Shown: positions 29,893-40,171, numbered from the stretch's first letter. The stretch is 64,000 nt of DNA from an uncultured Bacteroidaceae bacterium (GCA_964539395.1 CAZIIU010000008.1:2455-66454), one strand, 5' to 3'. The notes: generated from the letters alone by a model not told the origin. Numbers and translations are program-made.

Positions 29893-30259
29893 ATTATGTG
29901 CCTGTTGTTTGAAATTGACTAAGGTGGCTTTTAGGTAGATATTCCTGCGATTTCGGACACCCGAGCCCATAGAAAGAAGCAAAGTACAGAATACTCCTTC
30001 TCGAACCACCTTCTCCTGTTAATGTGATGAGAAGGGAAACGATCGTTCATAAACAAAAAAATCTTCATAACCTTTGAACAGGTATGCAGATTTTTTTATT
30101 CCATCAAAACGATCTGTTTCAATGAAAACACGCTTTCAGAAATATCAGAATTATATTCAGGTGTATTAAGTATGGTATCCTGAAAGCCATTTAAGCAGGT
30201 GTGGTTTTTCAGATTCAGAATGCTGTTCTAAGGGAGTGCATCAGGAATGAATCCAACGT

Positions 30260-30300
30260 AAAAAAAATGTTGTTCAGTTCGAAATTAAGGAGAACAACAT
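30260..30300 (-). terminator. Intrinsic terminator downstream of lipoprotein gene 30308..31003
   Basis: On the minus strand there is a perfect 9-bp stem (atgttgttc / gaacaacat) with a 16-nt loop, followed directly by an 8-nt U-run. Confidence 0.6.
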
Positions 30301-30307
30301 CACTCTC

Positions 30308-31003
30308 CTACTTCCTGAATACCATCACCTTTTCCTCAACATGCAACTGCCACTCACCATCCTGTATTTGCCATGAACTCTCTTCAATATGCAGGGCTTC
30401 GCCTATAATCAGCCGGCCAGAGCGGGAATATTGAGTATCACTGTTTCTTGCAGGTATATCTTCCGTAAGCGTAGTAATTTCCTTACCTGCCATCATCCTG
30501 GCGGAAAGGTCATCGTCATGAGGCGGCAAACCTCCAACGACTCCAAGCCCCTTTCGGGCATGTACATTAAGGAAAAGTTCTATATAGGTATCCGTTCCGT
30601 CCAGACCGTCATGGAAAATGCCTCCTGGTGTACCCGGATTCTGAATAAGCTCGTAGGACCCGGTATATTTATACCAGTAAGGCGAATCCTCAGACTCATA
30701 GTAGTAGTCATACTTCCCAGGATAACTCTCGTAATAATGTCCTGCGACAATTTCTTCCGAATCAACAAAATCCGAATTGGTGATGTCAAAGTATGAGTTC
30801 CCCTTTCCAGACACCCCCTTACTAACTCCATATTTTGGAATATCCGGGTTGTTATCTTCATAATAATACACACCGTAATCTTCACTGAAGTACTCCCATT
30901 CAATGGAAATAAAGCAATGTCCCGGATCGCCGTCAACCCCGCAGGAAGCTGAGAAAACAGCAACAACGGCAACCATACATACCAATTTAAAATATTTCAT
31001 CAC
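30308..31003 (-). CDS. Hypothetical Tyr/Asp-rich lipoprotein
   Basis: Signal peptide with a lipobox (VFSASCG). I recognise no family. The gene has its own terminator. Confidence 0.55.
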   Translation of the reverse strand: MMKYFKLVCMVAVVAVFSASCGVDGDPGHCFISIEWEYFSEDYGVYYYEDNNPDIPKYGVSKGVSGKGNSYFDITNSDFVDSEEIVAGHYYESYPGKYDYYYESEDSPYWYKYTGSYELIQNPGTPGGIFHDGLDGTDTYIELFLNVHARKGLGVVGGLPPHDDDLSARMMAGKEITTLTEDIPARNSDTQYSRSGRLIIGEALHIEESSWQIQDGEWQLHVEEKVMVFRK

Positions 31004-31089
31004 TTATCCTTATAAAGCCAACCTTCCTCACCAATCTGATCAGTTCAGATTTTCTGTATAAAAAATACGCTACAATTTTTGGGCCATTT

Positions 31090-31686
31090 TTAAGAAAGCA
31101 CCTTCCGTTCGATCAGATCAATCAGAATATGAATCACCTTTATATGCACCTCCTGTATCCGGTCACTGTATTTTCCCCCATCAACACGTATCTCAACGTC
31201 CGATAGCGTCGATAAAAGTCCTCCGGATTTTCCCGTAAGGGCAATAACCTTCATACCTTTCATCCTGGCACTCTCTGCAGCCCTGATCACATTGAGAGAA
31301 TTCCCGCTGGTACTGATGGCCAGCAATACATCTTTGCCAGTTCCCATACCTTCGATAAAACGTGAAAAGATATGCTCGTAGCCATAATCGTTACCTGCAC
31401 ATGTAAGATGAGCAGGATCCGATATACTCATAGCAGGTAGCGATGGCCGCTCATGCCGGAACCTGCCAGTGAGCTCCTGCGCAAAGTGCATGGCATCGCA
31501 CATGGAGCCTCCATTACCGCATGAAATAATTCTTCCCCCGCTATTGAGAGATTCCGACAGTATCACTGCTGCGTTCTCAATAGCAGAAATTGAGGCTGGA
31601 TTCCTGATGAACTTAACAAGGACTGCCTCCGCATCCCTGAGGTTTTGCAAAATGATATCCTGCATTGACTGACAATTTTGTTTCAA
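31090..31686 (-). CDS. gmhA: SIS-domain D-sedoheptulose-7-phosphate isomerase
   Basis: CGNGGSMCDAMHFAQEL and ISTSGNSLNVIRA are typical GmhA blocks. The start could instead be the ATG at 31665. Confidence 0.85.
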   Translation of the reverse strand: MKQNCQSMQDIILQNLRDAEAVLVKFIRNPASISAIENAAVILSESLNSGGRIISCGNGGSMCDAMHFAQELTGRFRHERPSLPAMSISDPAHLTCAGNDYGYEHIFSRFIEGMGTGKDVLLAISTSGNSLNVIRAAESARMKGMKVIALTGKSGGLLSTLSDVEIRVDGGKYSDRIQEVHIKVIHILIDLIERKVLS

Positions 31687-31729
31687 AAGTACACATTCCT
31701 GCAGATTCTTGCTATTAAAAAAAAATTGG

Positions 31730-31737
31730 TACCTTTG
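31730..31737 (+). promoter_or_regulatory. Bacteroidota-type -7 promoter element (TACCTTTG)
   Basis: Matches TAnnTTTG 18 nt upstream of the ATG at 31756, the first gene of the mutL transcription unit. Confidence 0.4.
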
Positions 31738-31755
31738 CGGGGAAAAACTGTAGCA

Positions 31756-32040
31756 ATGGGAATACCACGTTTTTTTAAATTGAAGGAACCCAATCGGTTT
31801 AATTATAAGCCCTTATACTGGGATCCTGAAAAAGAGGCACGGGAAGAAAGGGTAAGAAGAATCAAGGCCGAACTTGGACAGGAAATCTCTTTCAGCAAGC
31901 AATCTTCTGCCATTACCAGAGGATCATTCAGGCAATACAGCTCAGGAAAGCACCGGAAAGCGGGTCGTGAATCAAATCTCCGCCTTGTGATCATTGCTGC
32001 AGCGTTATTATTACTCGCCTATTTATTGTTCTACAGGTAA
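31756..32040 (+). CDS. Small basic protein with C-terminal TM anchor (hypothetical)
   Basis: 94 aa from the internal ATG. The C-terminal helix is LRLVIIAAALLLLAYLLFY. The stop TAA is directly followed by the mutL ATG at 32041. Confidence 0.45.
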   Translation: MGIPRFFKLKEPNRFNYKPLYWDPEKEAREERVRRIKAELGQEISFSKQSSAITRGSFRQYSSGKHRKAGRESNLRLVIIAAALLLLAYLLFYR

Positions 32041-33852
32041 ATGTCAGACATTATCCAATTATTGCCCGACTCCGTGGCCAACCAGATTGCTGCAGGTGAA
32101 GTTATTCAAAGACCCGCATCCATAGTAAAAGAGCTGGTAGAAAACAGCATAGATTCTGGTGCAGGATCAATAACTGTCAGGGTAAAGGATGCGGGAAAGA
32201 CCTATGTCCAGGTAATCGACAATGGCAGGGGTATGTCGGAAAATGATGCTCAACTCTGCTTTGAGAGGCACGCTACATCCAAAATTTCAGAGGCAAATGA
32301 CCTGTTTTCCATCCGCACCATGGGATTTCGTGGCGAAGCACTGGCATCCATCGCCGCAATTGCAGAGGTGTCTCTGAAAACCCGGACCAGTTCAGATGAA
32401 CTGGGTACCCATCTGCAAATCACCGCTTCAAAGATCAAATCCAGAGAGAATGTCAGTATTCCTGCCGGAACCAATATCACAGTGAGGAATCTCTTCTTCA
32501 ATGTTCCGGCAAGGAGAAAGTTCCTCAAAACAGATCAGACTGAGCTGAGGCATATAATTACTGAGTTTTATCACACTTCACTGGCTTATCCTGATATAGA
32601 ATTCCAGTTAATCCATAATAATACCCAGATTTTTAATCTCCCTTCAGGAAATCTGAAATCCAGGATATCATCTGTTTTCGGTAAACAGATATTGCCTAAC
32701 CTAATTCAGATCGGGACAGAAACCAGTATTGTCAGAGTATACGGGTTTATCGGCAAGCCTGAACTGGCAAAAAAGACATTCGGAGAACAGTTTATGTTTG
32801 TAAATCAACGCTTTATCAAACATCCCTATTTTCATAAAGCAATAATGAAAGCGTATGAGGATATTCTGCCTTCGGAGCATTTCCCTAGCTATTTCATCTT
32901 TTTTGATACAGATCCATCCACCATTGATATTAATATTCATCCTACCAAAACTGAGGTGAAGTTCGAGGATGAAAAATTAATCTGGAAGATCCTGTTGGCA
33001 GCAACACGAGAGGCAATAGGCAGGCACAACCTCTCACCAACCTTAGACTTCAGTAGAGATGGTGTGATTGATATACCAGTGTTGCAAAAGAACCAGGATA
33101 TTTCCTACCCCCAGGAAAACATCGACAGAAATTTCAACCCATTTGAAAAAGAGGACCGCAACAGATTCGGAGGGAACATCGGACACAGAACGGCTCAACA
33201 AGACTGGCACAAACTATATGACACACAAAACAACCAGGACCTTACACCAAGGCTTAACTTAAACAAGGAAGAAAAAGAGAGTTTCAGTCAGGAACAACGA
33301 TACCTTCAGCTTAAAGGAAAGTATATTCTTACCCCTGTGAAATCGGGCCTGATGGTAATTGACCAGAAACGGGCACATGAGAGAATCCTGTATGAACAAA
33401 ACCTGGAAACGCTTCGGAAAGATTCTGTAAATTCACAAAATACTCTTTTCCCTGAAACAATAGAACTCAATAACAATGACTACAGGCTTTGCCTGGATCT
33501 GACAGCTGAGATAGGAAAACTGGGGTTTGAAATTCGTGATTTTGGACAAAATTGTATCATTGTACACTCGGTTCCTGCCAATACAGTCATACATGACATC
33601 AAGGCAGTAATTGAAACGCTGTTGGAACAATATAAGAATTTTGAGTCTGAACTTAAACTCGACCAACACGAAAAAATAGCCCGGTCAACATCTGTTGCCG
33701 CAGCTATTCCATATGGCAGACAGCTTGACAGAAAAGAGATGCAGCAACTGGTCGACCAACTTTTCGCATGTAGCAACCCAAACACAACACCAGGAGGTAA
33801 ATCCATCATTAATATCATCAAACTTGATGATTTCGAGAAACATCTTGCATGA
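32041..33852 (+). CDS. mutL: DNA mismatch repair protein MutL
   Basis: GHKL ATPase motifs IAAGEVIQRPASIVKELVENSIDSGA, DNGRGM and GFRGEALASI, with a C-terminal dimerisation domain. Confidence 0.95.
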   Translation: MSDIIQLLPDSVANQIAAGEVIQRPASIVKELVENSIDSGAGSITVRVKDAGKTYVQVIDNGRGMSENDAQLCFERHATSKISEANDLFSIRTMGFRGEALASIAAIAEVSLKTRTSSDELGTHLQITASKIKSRENVSIPAGTNITVRNLFFNVPARRKFLKTDQTELRHIITEFYHTSLAYPDIEFQLIHNNTQIFNLPSGNLKSRISSVFGKQILPNLIQIGTETSIVRVYGFIGKPELAKKTFGEQFMFVNQRFIKHPYFHKAIMKAYEDILPSEHFPSYFIFFDTDPSTIDINIHPTKTEVKFEDEKLIWKILLAATREAIGRHNLSPTLDFSRDGVIDIPVLQKNQDISYPQENIDRNFNPFEKEDRNRFGGNIGHRTAQQDWHKLYDTQNNQDLTPRLNLNKEEKESFSQEQRYLQLKGKYILTPVKSGLMVIDQKRAHERILYEQNLETLRKDSVNSQNTLFPETIELNNNDYRLCLDLTAEIGKLGFEIRDFGQNCIIVHSVPANTVIHDIKAVIETLLEQYKNFESELKLDQHEKIARSTSVAAAIPYGRQLDRKEMQQLVDQLFACSNPNTTPGGKSIINIIKLDDFEKHLA

Positions 33853-33891
33853 TTTTTGTTCTATTAGAAAGCAATACTATAATTTTAACAG

Positions 33892-34629
33892 ATGAATGTA
33901 CTGAATTTTGGAAGAGGCAATAATACACCTCCCGTGGTTAAAAATCTGATTGTTATAAACATAGTGATGTTTGTAGCACTATTTATAACCAGCCAGTTGT
34001 TCCGGGCCGACCTGAACAGGATACTTGGAATGTATTATTTACAGTCACCTATGTTTCGCCCATGGCAAATTGTTACACATATGTTTATGCACGGCGGACT
34101 GATGCATATTTTTTTCAATATGTGGGCACTCTGGATCTTTGGAAAAACCCTGGAAAGTGTATGGGGAGGAAAACGTTTTCTTATTTACTACCTGGCAACC
34201 GGTCTCGGGGCGGCATTCTTTCATCAACTGGTAATGTATATTGATCTTGCGCCGCAAATTGCGGATTTTAAGGCGGCTTATAGTGTCGATACGATCACGA
34301 TGGAACGAATGAACCGATCATTCGCTGAAGGAAGTCAGTATCATGGGCTCATCAGAAGTTTAATCACACCAACTGTAGGTGCTTCAGGTGCAGTTTTTGG
34401 CATTTTGCTGGCATTTGGGATGCTTTTTCCAAATACACAGCTATTTATTATACCTTTTCCATTTCCAATCAAAGCTAAATGGCTGGTAATAGGCTATGGA
34501 GCCCTTTCTCTTTATCTGGGAGTTACACAGCCCGGTAGCAACATAGCACATTTTGCACATCTGGGGGGTATGATCTTTGGGTTTATCCTGATTAAATACT
34601 GGAATAAAAACAGTAGCAGCTTTTATTAA
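33892..34629 (+). CDS. Rhomboid-family intramembrane serine protease
   Basis: HMFMHGGLMHIFFNM, the catalytic Ser block GASGAVFG and the catalytic His block HLGGMIFG. Confidence 0.85.
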   Translation: MNVLNFGRGNNTPPVVKNLIVINIVMFVALFITSQLFRADLNRILGMYYLQSPMFRPWQIVTHMFMHGGLMHIFFNMWALWIFGKTLESVWGGKRFLIYYLATGLGAAFFHQLVMYIDLAPQIADFKAAYSVDTITMERMNRSFAEGSQYHGLIRSLITPTVGASGAVFGILLAFGMLFPNTQLFIIPFPFPIKAKWLVIGYGALSLYLGVTQPGSNIAHFAHLGGMIFGFILIKYWNKNSSSFY

Positions 34630-34644
34630 CATGAACTGTTCGGT

Positions 34645-35529
34645 ATGACATTATTCAATGAGATAAAAAGATCTTACAGCGAAGGCACTGTGCTGCACAA
34701 GCTCATTTATGTCAATGTGGCGGTTTTTCTTTCTCTTCACATTGGGGTGATTTTTCTTGTACTGGGCAACCAGATCGATCGGACCCAGAGCATTAGTGAA
34801 ATACTGAAACTTCTGGCCGTTCCATCTGATCTGAATACGCTTGGCAGAAAACCATGGACCCTGTTTACCTATATGTTCACACATGGTTTTTTATGGCACA
34901 TCGTATTCAACCTTCTGGTTCTCTATTGGTTCGGACGTCTGTTTATCGAAGAGTTCGGTCTAAATAAAATTCTTGGATTGTATATACTCGGCGGACTAGC
35001 CGGGGCAGTGCTTTTTGTCTTTTTCTACAATGTCTTTCCGTTTTTTCAGGATGTCCGGGAAAATTCAATTGCAACAGGGGCCTCCGCTTCAGTTATGGCG
35101 ATAGTAGTTGCAGTTGCTGTGATGGTGCCCAACCGGCAAATGCATTTGGTGCTGATCGGACCGGTGAAGATCATGTATATTGCACTGGTACTGTTCATAA
35201 CATCAACTATCCTCGACTTTACAGATAATACAGGAGGAAAGATCGCCCATATTGGGGGAGCCATTGTTGGACTTATATATACAAGCTATTATCGCAAAGG
35301 ATACGATATTACAAGGGGGACAGACAGGTTCATGGATCAGTTTTTTTCACTTTTTAAACGACGAAAAAAGATGAAAGTGACCTATAAACGTCCTTCAGAC
35401 GATTATCAGTATAAGAAACAAAAAGCCCAGGAACAAAAGGAAATTGACAGGATTCTCGATAAGATTTCCCAGGGAGGGTATGATTCGCTTACAAAAGAGG
35501 AAAAAGATAAACTATTCAATGTAAAGTAG
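34645..35529 (+). CDS. Rhomboid-family intramembrane serine protease (second copy, basic C-terminal tail)
   Basis: HGFLWHIVFNL, GASASVMA and HIGGAIVG, followed by a ~70-aa Lys-rich cytoplasmic tail. Confidence 0.85.
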   Translation: MTLFNEIKRSYSEGTVLHKLIYVNVAVFLSLHIGVIFLVLGNQIDRTQSISEILKLLAVPSDLNTLGRKPWTLFTYMFTHGFLWHIVFNLLVLYWFGRLFIEEFGLNKILGLYILGGLAGAVLFVFFYNVFPFFQDVRENSIATGASASVMAIVVAVAVMVPNRQMHLVLIGPVKIMYIALVLFITSTILDFTDNTGGKIAHIGGAIVGLIYTSYYRKGYDITRGTDRFMDQFFSLFKRRKKMKVTYKRPSDDYQYKKQKAQEQKEIDRILDKISQGGYDSLTKEEKDKLFNVK

Positions 35530-35578
35530 TTAGAAGTGAATTGGTTGAAGTATTATGTACAATTAAAGCAATTCGAGG

Positions 35579-36691
35579 TTGAAAAGAATTTCTGAGGCAG
35601 TAGCTACTTATATAAATGTTCTGGCTGCATTGTTGTTGCTAATATCGTACAGCGCACCGTTAATCAACCCTGCCAGATTTGTTGTCCCGGCCTTTATCGG
35701 ATTGGCTTACCCGTACCTGCTTTTACTCAACCTGATTTTTCTTATTTACTGGGCCATTCGCTTCAAAAAGGAAGTAGCTGTATCATTGGTGGCAATCTTA
35801 ATCGGCTGGGGACACCTGATGAATTTTTTGCCCATAGGTGTTTCACCTGGAACAAAATCAGTCCAAAAAGAGAATACTGACAAAATCAGCATCATGTCAT
35901 ATAATGTCAGGACATTTGATTATTACAACTGGGGACAAAAGAATCGGTCTGACGAGGGTATTTTCAGGATAATATCAGAGCGATCCCCTGATATTCTATG
36001 CCTTCAGGAATTCTACACAGGCAATAAACCCGGCTTCAGTGAAACAGAGATAAAACGGAAACTGAATGATTTACCACATCATTCTGTTTATTATAACCGA
36101 AGCGGTAAACCGGGTGGTGGTTCCGGCATTGCCACATTCAGCAGGTTACCTATAGTAAAAACCAGCAGGATCCCTTTTGATAATAGCGTTAACCAGGCTG
36201 TCTATACTGACATAAAAGCCGGAAAGGATACCTTGAGGGTATTCAATATTCATCTTCAATCGATCAGGTTTGGAAAAAGCAATTACAGTTTTATGGATTC
36301 CCTTTCACTGAAACATTCCAGAAAACAACTTAAGGAAGCAAAGGAGATAAGTGTCCGCCTGAGAGATGCATTTGTTCTCAGAGCCGAACAGTCGGTGATC
36401 ATCCATAATTACATCAAGAGTTCCCCTTACCCGGTTATTGTTGCAGGAGATTTTAATGATACCCCAACCTCCTTTGCCTACCGAAAAATAAAGAAAGGAC
36501 TGACAGATGCTTTCCGGGAGGCAGGAAGGGGATTTGGCAATACCTATGCAGGAGAATTTCCCTCCTTTAGAATCGATTTTATTTTGTATAGCAAAGAGCT
36601 GGAGGCTGTCTCATACGAAAGGATCAAATCAAAATATTCTGATCATTACCCAATTATTATAAACCTTCAACAAAGACCAGGTAAACACTGA
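35579..36691 (+). CDS. Membrane-anchored endonuclease/exonuclease/phosphatase (EEP) family protein
   Basis: TTG start in the ORF track. N-terminal TM helices are followed by the EEP blocks SYNVRTF, LCLQEF, GDFNDTP and SDHYPI. Confidence 0.8.
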   Translation: MKRISEAVATYINVLAALLLLISYSAPLINPARFVVPAFIGLAYPYLLLLNLIFLIYWAIRFKKEVAVSLVAILIGWGHLMNFLPIGVSPGTKSVQKENTDKISIMSYNVRTFDYYNWGQKNRSDEGIFRIISERSPDILCLQEFYTGNKPGFSETEIKRKLNDLPHHSVYYNRSGKPGGGSGIATFSRLPIVKTSRIPFDNSVNQAVYTDIKAGKDTLRVFNIHLQSIRFGKSNYSFMDSLSLKHSRKQLKEAKEISVRLRDAFVLRAEQSVIIHNYIKSSPYPVIVAGDFNDTPTSFAYRKIKKGLTDAFREAGRGFGNTYAGEFPSFRIDFILYSKELEAVSYERIKSKYSDHYPIIINLQQRPGKH

Positions 36692-36806
36692 TATCGTCGA
36701 AAACACCTTAACCCTGGCCCTGTATACCTGAATTTTGTTAATAAACTTATTTATTTCGTTGATTATATATTTTAATTTTGAATTAGTATTATTAAAAACA
36801 ATTGCC

Positions 36807-37256
36807 ATGAAAAAGTATGTGGTCCTCTTATTCATTTTATTTTCCGTTTCTGCCTGCTCACTGTTTGAAAAGCCATCCATGACACAGGAACAGATTGATG
36901 CCTTAATAACGCAAAAGGCTGCCGTTGAAGAGGAACTGGCTAATACCCAACAGGAACGCGACCTGTTGAAACTCAAAGCGGAAGAGTGCGCTCAGATGCT
37001 TGAGCAAAAAACTGTGGAGGTGAATACTGCAGGTAAATATTTCGTTATAGCAGGAAGTTTTAAAAACAACAATTACGCAGAAGACTATGCTACCAAAGTA
37101 AAGCAGATGGGAGGATCGGGCAATATCATACATGGTCCGTATAATTTTAACCTGGTCGTCTATAGTTCCCACTCAACACTTTCTGAAGCAGCGAAAAGCA
37201 TGTATGTTGCGAGAACCAACATATCTGAAGAAGCCTGGGTATATATGGATAAGTAA
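36807..37256 (+). CDS. SPOR-like domain lipoprotein
   Basis: Internal ATG with a lipobox (FSVSACS), then a coiled-coil segment and a C-terminal YFVIAGSFKNNNYAEDYATKVKQMG block resembling a SPOR domain. Confidence 0.55.
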   Translation: MKKYVVLLFILFSVSACSLFEKPSMTQEQIDALITQKAAVEEELANTQQERDLLKLKAEECAQMLEQKTVEVNTAGKYFVIAGSFKNNNYAEDYATKVKQMGGSGNIIHGPYNFNLVVYSSHSTLSEAAKSMYVARTNISEEAWVYMDK

Positions 37257-37319
37257 TATGTAGATTTTACCTGAATCCCGGAAAATTTTAACTGCCCGGG
37301 AATAAAAATGAGCCGATTG

Positions 37320-38531
37320 CTACATAATCTCGCTGCCGGTCATAATAAACAGCGGCTGGAACTCAAAGCTTTTAAAGTGCGGCCTCAACCTTTCAGTATT
37401 ATAATGCTTCTTTACATCTACGAATTTTGAGCTTGTAGTTACAACCTCTAACGGTGCGTTGTCATACCTGCCGTTTCGCAAAACAACGAGGCGGCCGTGA
37501 ATTCCGCTCAAAATAAGATCCAGTGCCAGATTTCCATAGGCCATTGGAACAATAGAGTCAATTGCATCTGGGTCCCCTCCCCTGACAAGGTAACCGAGCG
37601 ACTGGTTAATCACATTTACAACTTTCCCGTTATTATATTTAGGAGACAGAAGCTTAATCTCTTCCGAAACTATACTGCCAATTCCTCCCAGTTTTGCATG
37701 TCCAAATGCATCCTTTTCCGAGCTTCTCAAAACCATCTGGTCCATTCCAATAAAGGTGGCTCCCTCAGAAACAAGCACTACTGAGTACCTGCTTGGATTT
37801 TTGAGCCGGTCGTCGACAAGGAGTTCGGTTAAATGCTCAATATCAAATTTATTCTCGGGAATAACGCACCTGTTAGCGGCCCCGGCCATGGTGGGAAGCA
37901 TTGCAGTAAAACCTGAATACCTTCCAAAAACTTCCATCACCAGAATCCTTTCATGTGAACCAGCAGATGTGCGGAGTGTATTGGTCATCATAATAGTGCG
38001 CGTAACACATGTACTGAAGCCTATACAATAATCCGTTCCCGGCACATCATTGTCCATGGTCTTTGGTATGGCTATTACCTTGAATCCCTCCTTGTAGAGA
38101 CGCACAGCAAAGCTAAGTGTGTCATCCCCACCAATAGGAATCAGGTATTCGATTCCGAGAAATTCAAGGTTCTTTATTACCTCTGCAGTAAGATCATTAA
38201 CCTCCTTGTTGTATATTTCGGAGAGGTGACTTGGCACATCCTCCTTTTTAACCTTTGCCGGGTTCATCCTGGAAGTATGGAGAAAGGTGCCGCCGGTACG
38301 ACCAGCCTTATTCACAATCTGTTCAGACAACATCATGAAGCATTCACTGTTATCTGCATCCTTTTCCCTTCTCAGCTCCATGGCACCTGCCCAGCCACGA
38401 CGAAGACCAATTACATCATATCCTTCGCGAAGTGCCCTTATCGTTACAGCCCTGATAGCAGGATTCAAACCGGGGACATCCCCTCCACCGGTAAGAATAC
38501 CGATGGTTCCCTTTTTCTTGATGTTTGCCAT
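37320..38531 (-). CDS. pfp: 6-phosphofructokinase, PPi-dependent-type signature
   Basis: GILTGGGDVPGLNPAIR, IGGDDT (Asp rather than Gly) and PKTMDNDV (Lys rather than Gly). Confidence 0.85.
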   Translation of the reverse strand: MANIKKKGTIGILTGGGDVPGLNPAIRAVTIRALREGYDVIGLRRGWAGAMELRREKDADNSECFMMLSEQIVNKAGRTGGTFLHTSRMNPAKVKKEDVPSHLSEIYNKEVNDLTAEVIKNLEFLGIEYLIPIGGDDTLSFAVRLYKEGFKVIAIPKTMDNDVPGTDYCIGFSTCVTRTIMMTNTLRTSAGSHERILVMEVFGRYSGFTAMLPTMAGAANRCVIPENKFDIEHLTELLVDDRLKNPSRYSVVLVSEGATFIGMDQMVLRSSEKDAFGHAKLGGIGSIVSEEIKLLSPKYNNGKVVNVINQSLGYLVRGGDPDAIDSIVPMAYGNLALDLILSGIHGRLVVLRNGRYDNAPLEVVTTSSKFVDVKKHYNTERLRPHFKSFEFQPLFIMTGSEIM

Positions 38532-38610
38532 GATGATTATCTTTCCTCAAAAATAGAACAATAACAGCCATCTGTCAAGACAGGGAAAGTTATTTTATTA
38601 TCATTGGATA

Positions 38611-39840
38611 CTATTGCTCCCATTCAAGAATCCGGAAGAAATCATAATCCTCAGGATTCTTGACATACTTTTTAGCCGCCCTGTAATCCTCCTTGGTGAG
38701 GTAATGAAGATTATTACGGAATATCATCTGTACATTCTCCGATTCAACATTAACAAGCCGTGGCATCACCTTTCCCTGCTTGTCTGCAACGTCCTTTAAA
38801 AACAAAGGCTTTACCTCTGAATTGCGGTTAACAGTAACCATACATCCCGTCTCTCCTGCTTTATACAACTTAAATACACCTAGTCCAAGCCTGGTTGCAT
38901 AGGCAAGATCATAGGCAACAGGCCTGCAACAGCGAAGTTCATAACCCATTTCGTTGGGACGGCTCTTTACCTTAATTCTCAGCTTCTTCAATTCCTGCTG
39001 TGTAAGCATATTAAAGATGTGTGACTTACTGACATTTCCAAGCTCAGGGTGACCATGATCATCGTATGTGAAATTGATACCTGTGTCAATGATCTCCTGT
39101 TCACTCATAAAATGAAATACCCCTTCACTGATAATGGCCACACCGTAATCAATTCCCAGGATACGCCGCTTAACCATTGAAGATATTACCAGGTTGGTAA
39201 TTTTCTCAAAGGTGATCTTGGTTTTGTTGAACATTTCAGGTATAATGATCATTGGATAGTGAGTTGCTGTTCCAATGCCCATTGCAAGGTGACCCGCTTC
39301 GCGACCCATTGCAGAAACCACAAACCAGTTACCACTTGTTCTTGCATCTTCATAAATGGTTGTTGCAAGCCTGACTCCCTCCTCCTTGGCTGAATGATAT
39401 CCAAATGTAGGGGTGCCTTCAGGAAGAGGAAGATCATTGTCAATTGTCTTTGGCACATGTATGTTTTTCACGTCCAGTTTCTGGCTCTCCAAATATTTGG
39501 TCAGCCGGTTGGCGGTCGATGCCGTATCGTCACCCCCAATTGTTACCAGCAGCCTTACATTGTACTTTCTGAAAAAATCAACACTGAATTCATCATCTCT
39601 TGGCTTATATCTGCTCATTTTCAGGGCCGACCCTCCCCTGCTATAAATCTGATCCGCGTAATCAAAATCCAGGTATTCAAATGCCGGTTCATCCGCAAAA
39701 AGACTCTTGTAACCGCCATTTAACCCGATAACATAATAACCGTTATTGATAAAGATTTTTGTTACTGAACTAATTACCGTATTGATGCCCGGTGCAGGAC
39801 CTCCTGCACACAAAATTGCAACAGCTTCTTTCATTTTCAA
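38611..39840 (-). CDS. 6-phosphofructokinase paralog, PPi-dependent-type signature
   Basis: AILCAGGPAPGINTVI, IGGDDTAST and VPKTIDNDL. It lies 79 nt upstream of the other pfk on the same strand. Confidence 0.85.
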   Translation of the reverse strand: MKMKEAVAILCAGGPAPGINTVISSVTKIFINNGYYVIGLNGGYKSLFADEPAFEYLDFDYADQIYSRGGSALKMSRYKPRDDEFSVDFFRKYNVRLLVTIGGDDTASTANRLTKYLESQKLDVKNIHVPKTIDNDLPLPEGTPTFGYHSAKEEGVRLATTIYEDARTSGNWFVVSAMGREAGHLAMGIGTATHYPMIIIPEMFNKTKITFEKITNLVISSMVKRRILGIDYGVAIISEGVFHFMSEQEIIDTGINFTYDDHGHPELGNVSKSHIFNMLTQQELKKLRIKVKSRPNEMGYELRCCRPVAYDLAYATRLGLGVFKLYKAGETGCMVTVNRNSEVKPLFLKDVADKQGKVMPRLVNVESENVQMIFRNNLHYLTKEDYRAAKKYVKNPEDYDFFRILEWEQ

Positions 39841-40163
39841 TCTTTTAAGTATTAATTATACAATTGTTCCTAATGAACGTGGCTAATATTCAATGCTTCG
39901 ATGACCTGCAGCTCCAGAAAAGAGCAGCTTTCAAACAGTATTAATTGACTCCTTTTCGAAGTGGCAAAAGTAGTCAATTTTCCATGAAAACTGTTGTAGA
40001 AAAGGTCTAAATTACCCTTCACCGGCATGTCAAACAAAGGCTTATCCATTACTACAGGAATATAAATTGAACAACAGAGAAAAACAGAACAATTAATTTT
40101 GAACTTTTCTGCTGTAGGAAAGTGTTCTTTCATCAATTCATTGAAATAGAACAAAAAAAATAT

Positions 40164-40171
40164 TATTTTTG
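40164..40171 (+). promoter_or_regulatory. Bacteroidota-type -7 promoter element (TATTTTTG) for zur operon
   Basis: Matches TAnnTTTG 24 nt upstream of the TTG start at 40196. Confidence 0.4.

Noticed and set aside
29893-30009. 39-codon extension of comM
   Set aside because: ComM/YifB homology starts at MLIKAYGSS (ATG 29892), and the extension looks non-native.
39870-40154. 94-aa minus-strand ORF in the pfk/zur divergent region
   Set aside because: It has no recognisable domain, its composition is odd, and it overlaps the predicted promoter and operator region. I kept it only as a note under the intergenic-region finding.
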